A stretch of 64,000 bases of DNA from Myxococcales bacterium (GTDB lineage: Bacteria > Myxococcota_A > UBA9042 > JABWCM01 > BTVJ01), in the NCBI GenBank assembly GCA_045863395.1, contig BTVJ01000013.1:1-64000 (forward strand), written 5' to 3'. The notes below the pieces were generated by a model that ran no database searches, was not told the origin of the DNA, and worked only from the letters and a program-made list of their open reading frames with translations. Positions 29,001 to 36,857 of the stretch are shown one piece after another (the stretch's first letter is position 1; each line of letters starts with the position of its first letter). A program made the translations under genes and the position numbers.

Positions 29001-29257
29001 GCGGGTCCTACTGCCACGGCGGGACGGCGTCGGGCGGGCAGCACACGGCCCCCGTCTGGACCCAGGTGGACGGCACGCAGACCACCTGCACGAGCTGCCA
29101 CGGCATGCCGCCAGAGGCACCGCACCCCGCGGTGGACAACTGCTTCGCCTGCCACGCCTGCACGGTGACGCCGGACAACCTGGGCATCAACCCGGCCCAC
29201 AAGGACGTCCACATCGACGGGAAGCCCACCATGGCGCTCGGGAGCTGCGATCTGTAG
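26051..29257 (+). CDS. 30-heme lipoprotein cytochrome c with six CxxxxCH/CxxCH modules
   Basis: ATGA overlap with upstream stop; LLVGAC lipobox; 24 CxxCH plus 6 CxxxxCH in six repeats of 169-174 aa. Confidence 0.95.
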   Translation: MSLRPQLVVIGLALLVGACEPSTLPDGQPPEGEATCNSCHGNEANAAPPVATDGSTETTAIGVGAHQAHLLGGKFRKGIACEECHVVPETVEAEGHVDPLPAEVTFGTLATAHAAQARWLRDRATCAGTYCHGSTMQDGTLNDPVWTRGNDPVVLDCGSCHGNPPPAPHPVATECFRCHLETVGTDGTIDLLGGRHIDGTVQVNPQGCDTCHGSGGVAAPPRDLGNNTDTTARGVGAHRAHLGASEWHAEVACAECHAVPVEVNDPGHVDSALPAELTWGALATKNGAEPKWHPAATSCSGSYCHGGGFSQATQGVHTVPVWTQVDGTQASCGSCHGNPPKAPHPDRTDCASCHGEVVAADGTFTSPELHIDGTVQVGPLGCDSCHGSGGVAAPPADLAGNEDTSALGVGAHRKHLGVSAWHREVPCAACHVVPAELGDAGHIDTAPAEVVWGDLADAKGTAPTWDRATATCSGSYCHGATLDGGGAKAPVWTQVDGAQATCDSCHGNPPGGDHPTRSDCASCHDAVVAPDGTFVNAALHIDGQVQVGTLGCSSCHGSGANAAPPLDLTGGADTASVSVGAHQKHLGASDWRAQIACSSCHVVPATVGAAGHADTPPPAEVTWGGVAVAGGATPVWDRGAATCSGSWCHGAGLSGGTLTAPVWTNLDGTQAVCGTCHGLPPGDGHVPRTDCASCHGAVVDAAGGFVDPSLHINGQVEVVALTCSTCHGGAQSAAPPVDVKGQTDTKLASVGAHQAHVGASTWHKEIPCSTCHVMPATVDAPGHMDDDLPAEVSIGGVATAGGLTPTWDAGTATCSNTWCHGTSLGGTFTAPKWTQVDGTQAACGTCHGLPPGGTHVQRDDCATCHGEVVTANGFANPALHVDGTVQVSALGCDACHGSGGNPAPPVDLGGNTATTALGVGAHQAHLSPSTWHKDVACGECHKVPSAYGDAGHADTTGPAELVWGALATAQGAKPVWNAGTATCSGSYCHGGTASGGQHTAPVWTQVDGTQTTCTSCHGMPPEAPHPAVDNCFACHACTVTPDNLGINPAHKDVHIDGKPTMALGSCDL

Positions 29258-29295
29258 GCGGGCGGCGCGAAGTACACGGACCAATTGCCCTTGAT

Positions 29296-29931
29296 CTACG
29301 CCTGAGCCTCCCCGCCACCCTGCCCCAGCCGATCCAGCACCGTGTCCACGAGCCAGTGCAGGTGCGCGCGGCGCTCCGCGATGCCCGCGTCCGACAGGGG
29401 GTCGCTGCCCCACACCGGCGCCAGAGCCGGGCCGTAGGTGAACAGGTTGATCACCGCCCCCGAGAAGGTCACGAAGAAGTGGCGCGCCGCGAGCGGGCCC
29501 TGCTGGGGGGCGATCTCCGACAGGGCCGCCTCCGTCCAGCGGAACAGGGAGGCCAGGCTGTGCTGGATCAGGTCCAGGCGCCCGTCGAGGCTCGCGACCT
29601 CGCGCTGCACGAGGCGCGGATAGCGGCGGTTCCGGTTGATGAAGTCCAGGTAGGCGTCGACGACGCCGTGGAGGCGCTCCCGCGGCGGGCGGTCCACGGC
29701 GGCGGCCGCCTCGAGCGCCGCCCGGTGCGCGGCGTAGTAGCGGTCGAGCACCTGCTGGAACAGGCCCTCCTTGCTGCGGAAGTAGTAGAAGACCAGCGCC
29801 TTCTGGACGCCCGCGCGCTCCGTCACGTCGCGGATGCTCACCGCGTCGAAGCCCCGCTCCCCGAACAGCTCGTCCGCCGCCTCGAGGATGATCGACGCGG
29901 TGTCGGACTCCGCGAGCCCTGCCTTCGCCAT
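29296..29931 (-). CDS. TetR/AcrR family transcriptional regulator
   Basis: ILEAADELFGERGFDAVSIRDVTERAGVQKALVFYYFRSKEGL HTH. Confidence 0.95.
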   Translation of the reverse strand: MAKAGLAESDTASIILEAADELFGERGFDAVSIRDVTERAGVQKALVFYYFRSKEGLFQQVLDRYYAAHRAALEAAAAVDRPPRERLHGVVDAYLDFINRNRRYPRLVQREVASLDGRLDLIQHSLASLFRWTEAALSEIAPQQGPLAARHFFVTFSGAVINLFTYGPALAPVWGSDPLSDAGIAERRAHLHWLVDTVLDRLGQGGGEAQA

Positions 29932-29976
29932 GGGTCACTCCCTGCGTTCAAGCGGTCTCCGAGCGGTCCGTCGATC

Positions 29977-30009
29977 TTTTGACCGAACGGTTTGACCAAT
30001 CGGTCAAAA
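29977..30009. promoter_or_regulatory. TetR-type operator(s): TTTGACCAATCGGTCAAA plus an overlapping half-site
   Basis: Palindrome at 29991-30008; outer inverted repeat TTTTGACCGA/TCGGTCAAAA between the divergent tetR and ThDP genes. Confidence 0.8.
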
Positions 30010-30062
30010 CATGCCATGAATGAGCCGTCCGGTCCAGAACGACAGACGCATCAGGAGGCGCC

Positions 30063-31838
30063 ATGAAGATCCAGGGGCTGCGCAAAGGAGAGCAGGTCAA
30101 GGGCGGGGAGATCATCTCCCGTATGCTGGCGGCGGAGGGCATCCGCAACGTCTTCGGGATCATCGACGGCACCTACTTCGGGCTGTACTCGACGCTCGGC
30201 CCGAACGGGATCCGGCTCGTCACGCCGCGTCACGAGACCTCCGCGCTGCACATGGCCGGGGCCTACGCGCGCATCACGGGCAAGCTCGGCGTCGCCATCG
30301 CGAGCAACGGCCCGGGCGTCGCCAACGCGCTGCCGGGCGTGGCCGTCGAGCAGGCGGAGGGCAACCGCGTGCTGCTGATCACGAGCAGCCGGCGCGACTC
30401 CATCATCTACCCGGACCGGGGCGGCGCCTACCAGTACTTCCCGCACGTGGACGTCATCCGACCCATGGCCAAGTGGAGCCACGCGGTCACCTCCCCCGAG
30501 CGCGTCGCCGAGCTGCTGCGCAAGGCGCTGCGGGCCTGCATGACGGGGCGGCCGGGCGTCGTCCACTTGGATGTGCCAGAGACGATCCTCAACGGCAGCT
30601 TCCCGGCCGCCTCGGCAGGCATGTGGGCCGACCCGCAAGCCGACCTGCCGCCGCTCGTGCCGACGCGCGCGCAGATCGAGCAGGCGGCGACGCTGCTCCT
30701 GAAGGCGAAGCGGCCGCTGATCCACGCTGGGTCAGGCGTCGTCCACGCGGGGGCCTTCGACGAGCTGCGGGACCTTGCGGCCCTGCTCGACGCGCCGATC
30801 ACGACGAGCTGGGGCGCCCGCGCCGCGCTGGACGAGCGGTGGCCGCAGGCGGTGCCCATGCTCTACGTGAGCGCTGTCAACGCCGCGCGCAAGGAGGCGG
30901 ACCAGGTGCTCGTGCTCGGCTCGCGCCTCGGCGAGACCGACTGGTGGGGCAAGGCGCCCTACTGGGCTCCCCCCGGCGAGCAGGGGCTGATCCAGGTGGA
31001 CATCGACAGCGACGCCATCGGACGCAACCGCCCGGCGGATCTGCCCATCCAGGCGGACGTCAAGGAGACCCTGACCGCGCTGATCGCCGAGCTCAAGACG
31101 CGGCGCCTGACGACGGGGCAGCGCGGGCGCAAGGAGTTCGTCGCGACGCTGCGGGCGACCTGCGTGGCGCGCCGGGCGAAGCTCGACGAGCACCTGAAGA
31201 AGCAGGGCATCCCCATGCATCCGGCCCATGTGGCGACCATCTGCCAGCAGGTGCTGCCGGAGGACTCCATCCTGGTCATCGACGGCGGCAACACGTCCAT
31301 CTGGGCGCACTTCTACCACGAGGGGCGCACGCCGGGCGCCATCCTGGGCACGCCGAAGATGGGCATGCTGGGCGCCGGCGTGGCGCAGGCGCTGGGCGCG
31401 AAGGTCGCCTTCCCGGACCGGGTCGTCTACTGCATCATCGGCGACGGGGCCATGGGCTTCCACCCGCAGGAGGTGGAGACCGCGGTGCGCAACGGCCTGC
31501 CGGTCATCACCCTCGTGCTCTGCGACAAGCAGTGGGGCATGGTGAAGATGAACCAGCAGTTCGCGCTCAAGCCCGTGAAGACGCTGCTCATGAAGTCGCT
31601 CTCGCCGGAGGAGACCATCAACGCGGACCTGGGCGAGATCGAGTTCGACCAGCTCGGGCGGTCCATGGGCGCCTACGGGGAGCGGGTCTCGGACGCGGGC
31701 GGGCTCGCGAACGCCGTGCGCCGCGCCGTGGCGTCGGGGCGGCCGGCGGTCATCCACGTGGACGTGGACCCGGTCGCGCACATGTGGGCCCCGAACCTGA
31801 AGGACTTCAAGGACATGCACCAAGAGCCCAAGGTCTGA
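30063..31838 (+). CDS. Thiamine diphosphate-dependent enzyme (acetolactate synthase-like family)
   Basis: PRHE, GPGVAN, GRPGVVHLDVP, IDGGN, GDGAMG ThDP motif, WGMV. Confidence 0.93.
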   Translation: MKIQGLRKGEQVKGGEIISRMLAAEGIRNVFGIIDGTYFGLYSTLGPNGIRLVTPRHETSALHMAGAYARITGKLGVAIASNGPGVANALPGVAVEQAEGNRVLLITSSRRDSIIYPDRGGAYQYFPHVDVIRPMAKWSHAVTSPERVAELLRKALRACMTGRPGVVHLDVPETILNGSFPAASAGMWADPQADLPPLVPTRAQIEQAATLLLKAKRPLIHAGSGVVHAGAFDELRDLAALLDAPITTSWGARAALDERWPQAVPMLYVSAVNAARKEADQVLVLGSRLGETDWWGKAPYWAPPGEQGLIQVDIDSDAIGRNRPADLPIQADVKETLTALIAELKTRRLTTGQRGRKEFVATLRATCVARRAKLDEHLKKQGIPMHPAHVATICQQVLPEDSILVIDGGNTSIWAHFYHEGRTPGAILGTPKMGMLGAGVAQALGAKVAFPDRVVYCIIGDGAMGFHPQEVETAVRNGLPVITLVLCDKQWGMVKMNQQFALKPVKTLLMKSLSPEETINADLGEIEFDQLGRSMGAYGERVSDAGGLANAVRRAVASGRPAVIHVDVDPVAHMWAPNLKDFKDMHQEPKV

Positions 31839-31869
31839 CGGCGGCGGAGGACGGGGAGACTCGAGCGGG

Positions 31870-32020
31870 ATGCACCACATCGACCAGGCGGTGCTGAACT
31901 TCAACCAGGCCGGGTTTGCCGCGCTGAACGTGATCCTCGGGCTGCACCGTCGCCGGCATGTCGCTGGCGTGGTTCTGCTCGCGGCGGCCCCTGCCCCGCA
32001 CCCTGGAGGCGACACTGTGA
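31870..32020 (+). pseudogene. Internally deleted bile acid:sodium symporter (BASS)-like remnant
   Basis: N-terminus MHHIDQAVLNFNQAGFAALNVILGL joined out of frame to TVAGMSLAWFCSRRP...TGA, whose stop overlaps the next GTG. Confidence 0.6.
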
Positions 32021-33018
32021 GCACTCACGAGGGACCGGACGCGCGGCGCGTCTTGATCACGGGCGCATCGGGCAGCGTCGGCCGGCGGCTGGTCGAGGCC
32101 ATGGCCCAGCGCATGGGGGAGCAGGCGCGCGGGGCCGACGGGCCGACGCTCGGCTTCGTCCTGGCGACCGATATTCGCGACGTGAACCCCTCGTCGCGCC
32201 TGCCCGGGATCGAGTATCACACCCTGGACGTGTGCGGCCCGGAGCTGGCGGCCGCGCTGCGAGGGCACCGCATCGACACCGTCGTGCACCTCGCCGCCAT
32301 CGTGACGCCGCGGCCCGGCGACACGCGGGAGCACCAGTACGCCGTGGACGTGGTCGGCACGGCCAACGTCGTCGCCGCGTGCCTCGAGGCGGGGGTGCGG
32401 CGCTTCGTCTACACGAGCAGCGGCGCCGCCTACGGCTACCACGGAGACAACGCGGCGCTGCTGGACGAGGGCGCTCCGCTGCGCGGCAACGACGCCTTCG
32501 CCTACGCGGCGCACAAGCGCATCGTGGAGGAGCAGCTCGCCGACGTCCGCCGGGAGCACCCGGAGCTCGCACAGCTCGTGCTGCGGGTCTCGACGGTGCT
32601 CGGGCCCGCCGTGCACAACCAGATCACGGCGCTGTTCGAGCGGCCGGTCGTCGTCGGCATCGCGGGAGTGGACTCGCCGTTCTGCTTCGTCTCCCAAGAG
32701 GACGTGGCCGACTGCCTGCTGCACGGGGTGCTCGGCGACCGGGCCGGCATCTACAACCTGACCGGCGACGGGGTGATGACCCTGCGGGAGATCGCCCACG
32801 CCATGGGCCGCCCCTACGTGCCGGTGCCTGAGGCGCTGCTGCACGGGGCGCTCGACCTGCTCCACAAGGCTGGCGTAGCGGCGACGGGCGGGGAGCAGCT
32901 CCTGTTCCTGCGGCACCGCCCGGTGCTCTCCAACGAGCGGCTCAAACGGGAGCTGGGCTATGTCCCGCGCCAGACGAGCCGCGAGGTCTTCGAGACCTAC
33001 CGCCAGCGGCGGGCCTGA
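32017..33018 (+). CDS. NAD-dependent epimerase/dehydratase (extended SDR)
   Basis: VLITGASGSVG, VVHLAA, YTSSGAAYG, YAAHK; GGAGG RBS before GTG 32017. Confidence 0.9.
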   Translation: MSTHEGPDARRVLITGASGSVGRRLVEAMAQRMGEQARGADGPTLGFVLATDIRDVNPSSRLPGIEYHTLDVCGPELAAALRGHRIDTVVHLAAIVTPRPGDTREHQYAVDVVGTANVVAACLEAGVRRFVYTSSGAAYGYHGDNAALLDEGAPLRGNDAFAYAAHKRIVEEQLADVRREHPELAQLVLRVSTVLGPAVHNQITALFERPVVVGIAGVDSPFCFVSQEDVADCLLHGVLGDRAGIYNLTGDGVMTLREIAHAMGRPYVPVPEALLHGALDLLHKAGVAATGGEQLLFLRHRPVLSNERLKRELGYVPRQTSREVFETYRQRRA

Positions 33019-33019
33019 G

Positions 33020-33844
33020 GTGGCGCGGAGCGTCGTGATCACCGGCGGCGGGGGCGGGCTCGGGCGCGCCATGGCGCTCGCGTTCGCCCGGACCGGCGAC
33101 CGGGTGACCCTGCTGGACCAGGACCCGGCGCTGCTCGCCGAGGCGGCCGCAGAGCTGGGCAGCGCCGGGCACCACGTCGCCACCGTGGTGTGCGACGTCA
33201 CGGACCCGACCACCTGCGAGGCCGCCATGGGCGCCGTGGAGCGGGCGGAGGGGGGCATCGACGTGCTCGTGAACAACGCGGGCGTCACGCACCGGAGCCT
33301 GTTCGCGGACACGGACACCGCCGTGCTGCGCAAGGTCATGGAGGTCAACCTCTTCGGCGCCGTGCACTGCACCCGGGCGGCGCTGCCGGCGCTGCTCCAG
33401 TCCCGGGGCGTCATCGTGGTCCTCTCGAGCGTCGCCGGGTTCGCTCCGCTGCTCGGCCGCACGGGCTACGCGGCGAGCAAGCACGCGCTGCACGGGTTCT
33501 TCGGCTCCCTGCGCACGGAGCTGGTCGGCGCGGGGGTCTCCGTGCTGCTGGTCTGCCCCTCGTTCGTCGACACGCCGCTGGACCGGCGCGCCATGGCGGG
33601 CGACGGCGCCCCGATCACCGGCCCCCGCGCCCTGGCAGGCCGCCCCCTGCGCCCCGACCAGGTCGCCGAGGCGGTCCTGCGCGCCGTATCCCGACGCCGA
33701 CGCCTGCTGCCGGTCTCGCCGGTCGCCTGGGCATCGCTCTGGTTGAGCCGGCTCCTGCCGGCTGTCTACGACCGCGTCATGCTCCGCTCCCAGCGGGGGG
33801 AGTTCGAGGCGCGTTCCCGCGTCAGGGACCGCGCCAACCTCTGA
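33020..33844 (+). CDS. Short-chain dehydrogenase/reductase
   Basis: ITGGGGGLG, NNAG, SS, YAASK. Confidence 0.95.
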   Translation: MARSVVITGGGGGLGRAMALAFARTGDRVTLLDQDPALLAEAAAELGSAGHHVATVVCDVTDPTTCEAAMGAVERAEGGIDVLVNNAGVTHRSLFADTDTAVLRKVMEVNLFGAVHCTRAALPALLQSRGVIVVLSSVAGFAPLLGRTGYAASKHALHGFFGSLRTELVGAGVSVLLVCPSFVDTPLDRRAMAGDGAPITGPRALAGRPLRPDQVAEAVLRAVSRRRRLLPVSPVAWASLWLSRLLPAVYDRVMLRSQRGEFEARSRVRDRANL

Positions 33845-33987
33845 CAGACGCCTGGCGACGTCCCAGGGACTCCTCCGGCGGGCCCGCGCTCGACCCCTGC
33901 TCGAGCGGAACGGGGTTGCGCCGCAACGCGAGGTCGCGCACCATCGCGAGCTGCGGAACGTGAGCCACGCTACGAGAGGAGGCACCC

Positions 33988-34686
33988 ATGGTCGACATCG
34001 TGATGGACGCACCGGGCAAGAACGCCCTCGGCACCGGGCTCATGACCTGGCTCCTCGGCCAGATCCGCGGAGCGGGCGACGAGCCCATCCTGCTGACGGG
34101 GACGGGTGACGCCTTCTCGGCGGGCCTGAACCTCCGCGAGGTCTCCGCGCTGGAGGCCGACGGGATGCACGCCTTCCTCGACACACTGGAGGAGCTGTGC
34201 GTGGTCCTCTACACCCACCCGGCGCCCGTGGTGGCGGCGGTCAACGGCCACGCCATCGCCGGTGGGGCGGTGATCGCCGCGTGCTGCGACGTGCGGGTGT
34301 GTACCACGTCACCGCGGGCGCGCATCGGGCTCAACGAGGTGGCGCTGGGGCTGCGGTTCCCTCCCGCCATCCTGCGCATCGTGCGCGCCAGGGTTGCCCC
34401 CCGGCACCTGGAGGAGGTGCTGCTCGGCGCGGCCCTGTACGACCCGGAGGGCGCCGCCCGGGTGGGGCTCGTGGACGCGGTGGCTGCGGACCCGGTGGCG
34501 GTGGGGAGGGAGCGCCTCGCCGCGCTGGCCGCCCTGCCGCGACACGCCTACGCCGTCACAAAAGCGGACCTGCGGGGCGACGTGTCGTCTACGGCCGACG
34601 AGAAGCGGCGCTTCGCGGAGGACGTGCTGCCGCTGTGGACCTCCGAGGAGCTGCGGGCGCGCATCCGGGCCATCCTGTCGCGCTAG
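33988..34686 (+). CDS. Enoyl-CoA hydratase/isomerase family protein
   Basis: AFSAGLNL, VAAVNGHAIAGG, IGLNEVALG. Confidence 0.93.
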   Translation: MVDIVMDAPGKNALGTGLMTWLLGQIRGAGDEPILLTGTGDAFSAGLNLREVSALEADGMHAFLDTLEELCVVLYTHPAPVVAAVNGHAIAGGAVIAACCDVRVCTTSPRARIGLNEVALGLRFPPAILRIVRARVAPRHLEEVLLGAALYDPEGAARVGLVDAVAADPVAVGRERLAALAALPRHAYAVTKADLRGDVSSTADEKRRFAEDVLPLWTSEELRARIRAILSR

Positions 34687-34708
34687 TAGGGCGTCGCACA
34701 AATGATGA

Positions 34709-36838
34709 TGCAATCCGGAGGGTCGAGGCGCCCCGCCAGGCGCTCGGGCCACGCCGGATACCGCGCCGGATACCGCGCCGGATACCGCGCCGGATACCGC
34801 GCCGGATACCGCGCCGGACGCCGCACCGGACGCCGCGCCGGACGTCGCGCCGGACGTCGCGCCGGACGTCGCGCCGGACGCCGGCAACGACGCCGCACCA
34901 GACGCCGAGGCCGACGCAGGCACTCCCGACGTGACCACATCCCCCGACGCCTCGCCCTGCTCGCCCAGCTCCTGCGACGACGGCGACCCGTGCACCTCCG
35001 ACTCGTGCGCTGGCGGCACGTGCACCCACGCCGCAGTGACCTGCGAGGATGGCGACGCCTGCACCGTGGACGCCTGCCTCCCCGGGCCGGGATGCACCGC
35101 CCTCCCCCTCGACTGCGACGATGGCGATCCCTGCACGACCGACGCCTGCGACCCCGCCTCCGGGTGCTCCACGCTGCCGGTCCTCTGCGACGATGGTGAC
35201 CCGTGCACCGAAGACTCGTGTGCCGCCGGGTGCGCGTACGTCCCCCGGTCTGGCTGCCAGAGCTGCTCCGCGTCCTTCGAGTGCACTGACGGCGACCCCT
35301 GCACCGGCGACGTCTGCCAGGACGGAGCCTGTGCCCACGCGCCATCCCTGTGCGACGACGGAAACCCCTGCTCCGACGATCCCTGTGATCCGCTGGCGGG
35401 CTGCACGTCGGTGCCCGTCTCCTGCGACGACGACGACGCATGCACGTCCGACTCCTGCGACCCGGCCATCGGGTGTGCCCATGCCCCCATCTCCTGCGGC
35501 GACGGGGATGCCTGCACGGTGGACTCGTGCGACCCGAGACCCGGGTGCGCTCACGCCCCCCTCTCCTGTGACGATGACGATGCCTGCACCGCCGACGGGT
35601 GCGCGCCGAGCCTGGGATGCACGCACGCTCAAGAGGGCTGCGACGATCTGGATGACTGCACCTCCGATGCCTGTGAACCCACCGCCGGCTGCCTCCACAC
35701 CCCGGTCTTCTGCGACGATGGCGACCCCTGCACCGCGGACGCCTGCCTGCCGTGGGTGGGCTGCTCGCACGTTCCCCAGGCCTGCGACGACGCCGATCCC
35801 TGCACGGTCGACTCCTGTGCTCCGCCTCTCGGGTGCACCAACGCCCCCGGTTCGTGCGACGACGACGACCCGTGCACTGCGGATGGCTGCGTGGCCGGAG
35901 GCTGCACACACGCGCCCTCCTCGTGCGACGACGGTGACGCCTGCACCCTCGACTCCTGCGCCGCCCCGCTCGGCTGCGCCCACGCCGCCGTCCGAGGCTG
36001 TGTGCACTGTACGTCGGCGGCCGACTGCAACGACGGGGACGCGTGCACCCTCGACGCCTGCGACCCGGACTCCGGGCTCTGCGCCCACGTCCTCGCCTCC
36101 TGCGACGACGGTGACGCCTGCACCGCAGACTCGTGCGACGCGGACCTCGGATGCACGCACGCCCTGGAGCCCTGCGACGACGGCGACCCGTGCACGGCCG
36201 ACGTCTGCGACGGTGGCTGCGCCCACCTGCCGCCGCCCTGCGGCGACGACGACCCGTGCACCATCGACTCCTGCCACCCTTTGACCGGCGCGTGCGACCA
36301 CGAGCCGCTCTCCCCGTGCACGGGCTGCCAGACCAGCGACGACTGCAGCGACGGCGACGCGTGCACCCTCGACCTGTGCGACCCGCTCACCGAGGGGTGC
36401 GTCCACGCCCCCCGGGACTGCGGCGACGGGAACCCCTGCACCGCCGACGCCTGCGCAACCGCCGGGAACTGCATGCACGAGCCGACTCCGGGCTGTACCG
36501 GGTGCGCCTCGCACGCCGACTGCGGCGATGGGGACCCGTGTACGGCAGACACCTGCGACCTGGGCGCAGCCAAGTGCGTCCACCCCGCGCAGCCGGCCTG
36601 CACGCCGTGTACGCGAGATGCGGACTGCGGCGCGGGGCTGTGCACCGACGGCGCCTGCCTGGCGCCCGGGGTGTGCGGCGCCCCGTCCTGCGACGACGGG
36701 GACGCATGCACCCTCGACGGCTGCGATCCAACCATCGGTTGCGTCCATGCCCCGTTCGACTGCAAGGACGACGACCCGTGCACCATCGACTCCTGCGACC
36801 CGACAGCGGGCTGCACCTATGAACCCGCGTGCCCGTGA
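34709..36838 (+). CDS. Cys-rich repeat protein (about 23 x 24-aa CDDGDxCTxDxC units); N-terminus missing, possibly a pseudogene
   Basis: Frame open from 34709 (after TGA 34706) but first start is GTG 34931; no signal peptide; repeats resemble the Dictyostelium EcmA/EcmB-type repeat. Confidence 0.7.
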   Translation, partial: CNPEGRGAPPGARATPDTAPDTAPDTAPDTAPDTAPDAAPDAAPDVAPDVAPDVAPDAGNDAAPDAEADAGTPDVTTSPDASPCSPSSCDDGDPCTSDSCAGGTCTHAAVTCEDGDACTVDACLPGPGCTALPLDCDDGDPCTTDACDPASGCSTLPVLCDDGDPCTEDSCAAGCAYVPRSGCQSCSASFECTDGDPCTGDVCQDGACAHAPSLCDDGNPCSDDPCDPLAGCTSVPVSCDDDDACTSDSCDPAIGCAHAPISCGDGDACTVDSCDPRPGCAHAPLSCDDDDACTADGCAPSLGCTHAQEGCDDLDDCTSDACEPTAGCLHTPVFCDDGDPCTADACLPWVGCSHVPQACDDADPCTVDSCAPPLGCTNAPGSCDDDDPCTADGCVAGGCTHAPSSCDDGDACTLDSCAAPLGCAHAAVRGCVHCTSAADCNDGDACTLDACDPDSGLCAHVLASCDDGDACTADSCDADLGCTHALEPCDDGDPCTADVCDGGCAHLPPPCGDDDPCTIDSCHPLTGACDHEPLSPCTGCQTSDDCSDGDACTLDLCDPLTEGCVHAPRDCGDGNPCTADACATAGNCMHEPTPGCTGCASHADCGDGDPCTADTCDLGAAKCVHPAQPACTPCTRDADCGAGLCTDGACLAPGVCGAPSCDDGDACTLDGCDPTIGCVHAPFDCKDDDPCTIDSCDPTAGCTYEPACP
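34753..34884. repeat. About 11 copies of a 12-bp tandem repeat encoding PD(T/A/V)A
   Basis: gccggataccgc x5, then gccggacgccgc-type x2, gccggacgtcgc x3 and one degenerate copy; in frame with the downstream Cys-repeat ORF. Confidence 0.95.
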
Positions 36839-36857
36839 AGCGGGATGTGGAGGCCCC

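Noticed and set aside
34753..34884. Short tandem repeat as a CRISPR array or phase-variation tract
   Set aside because: 12-bp units with no spacers and no cas genes; unit length is a multiple of 3, so slippage would not shift frame
34931..36838. Multiheme cytochrome or metallothionein call for the Cys-rich proteins
   Set aside because: No regular CxxCH series; spacing fits disulfide-bonded extracellular repeats
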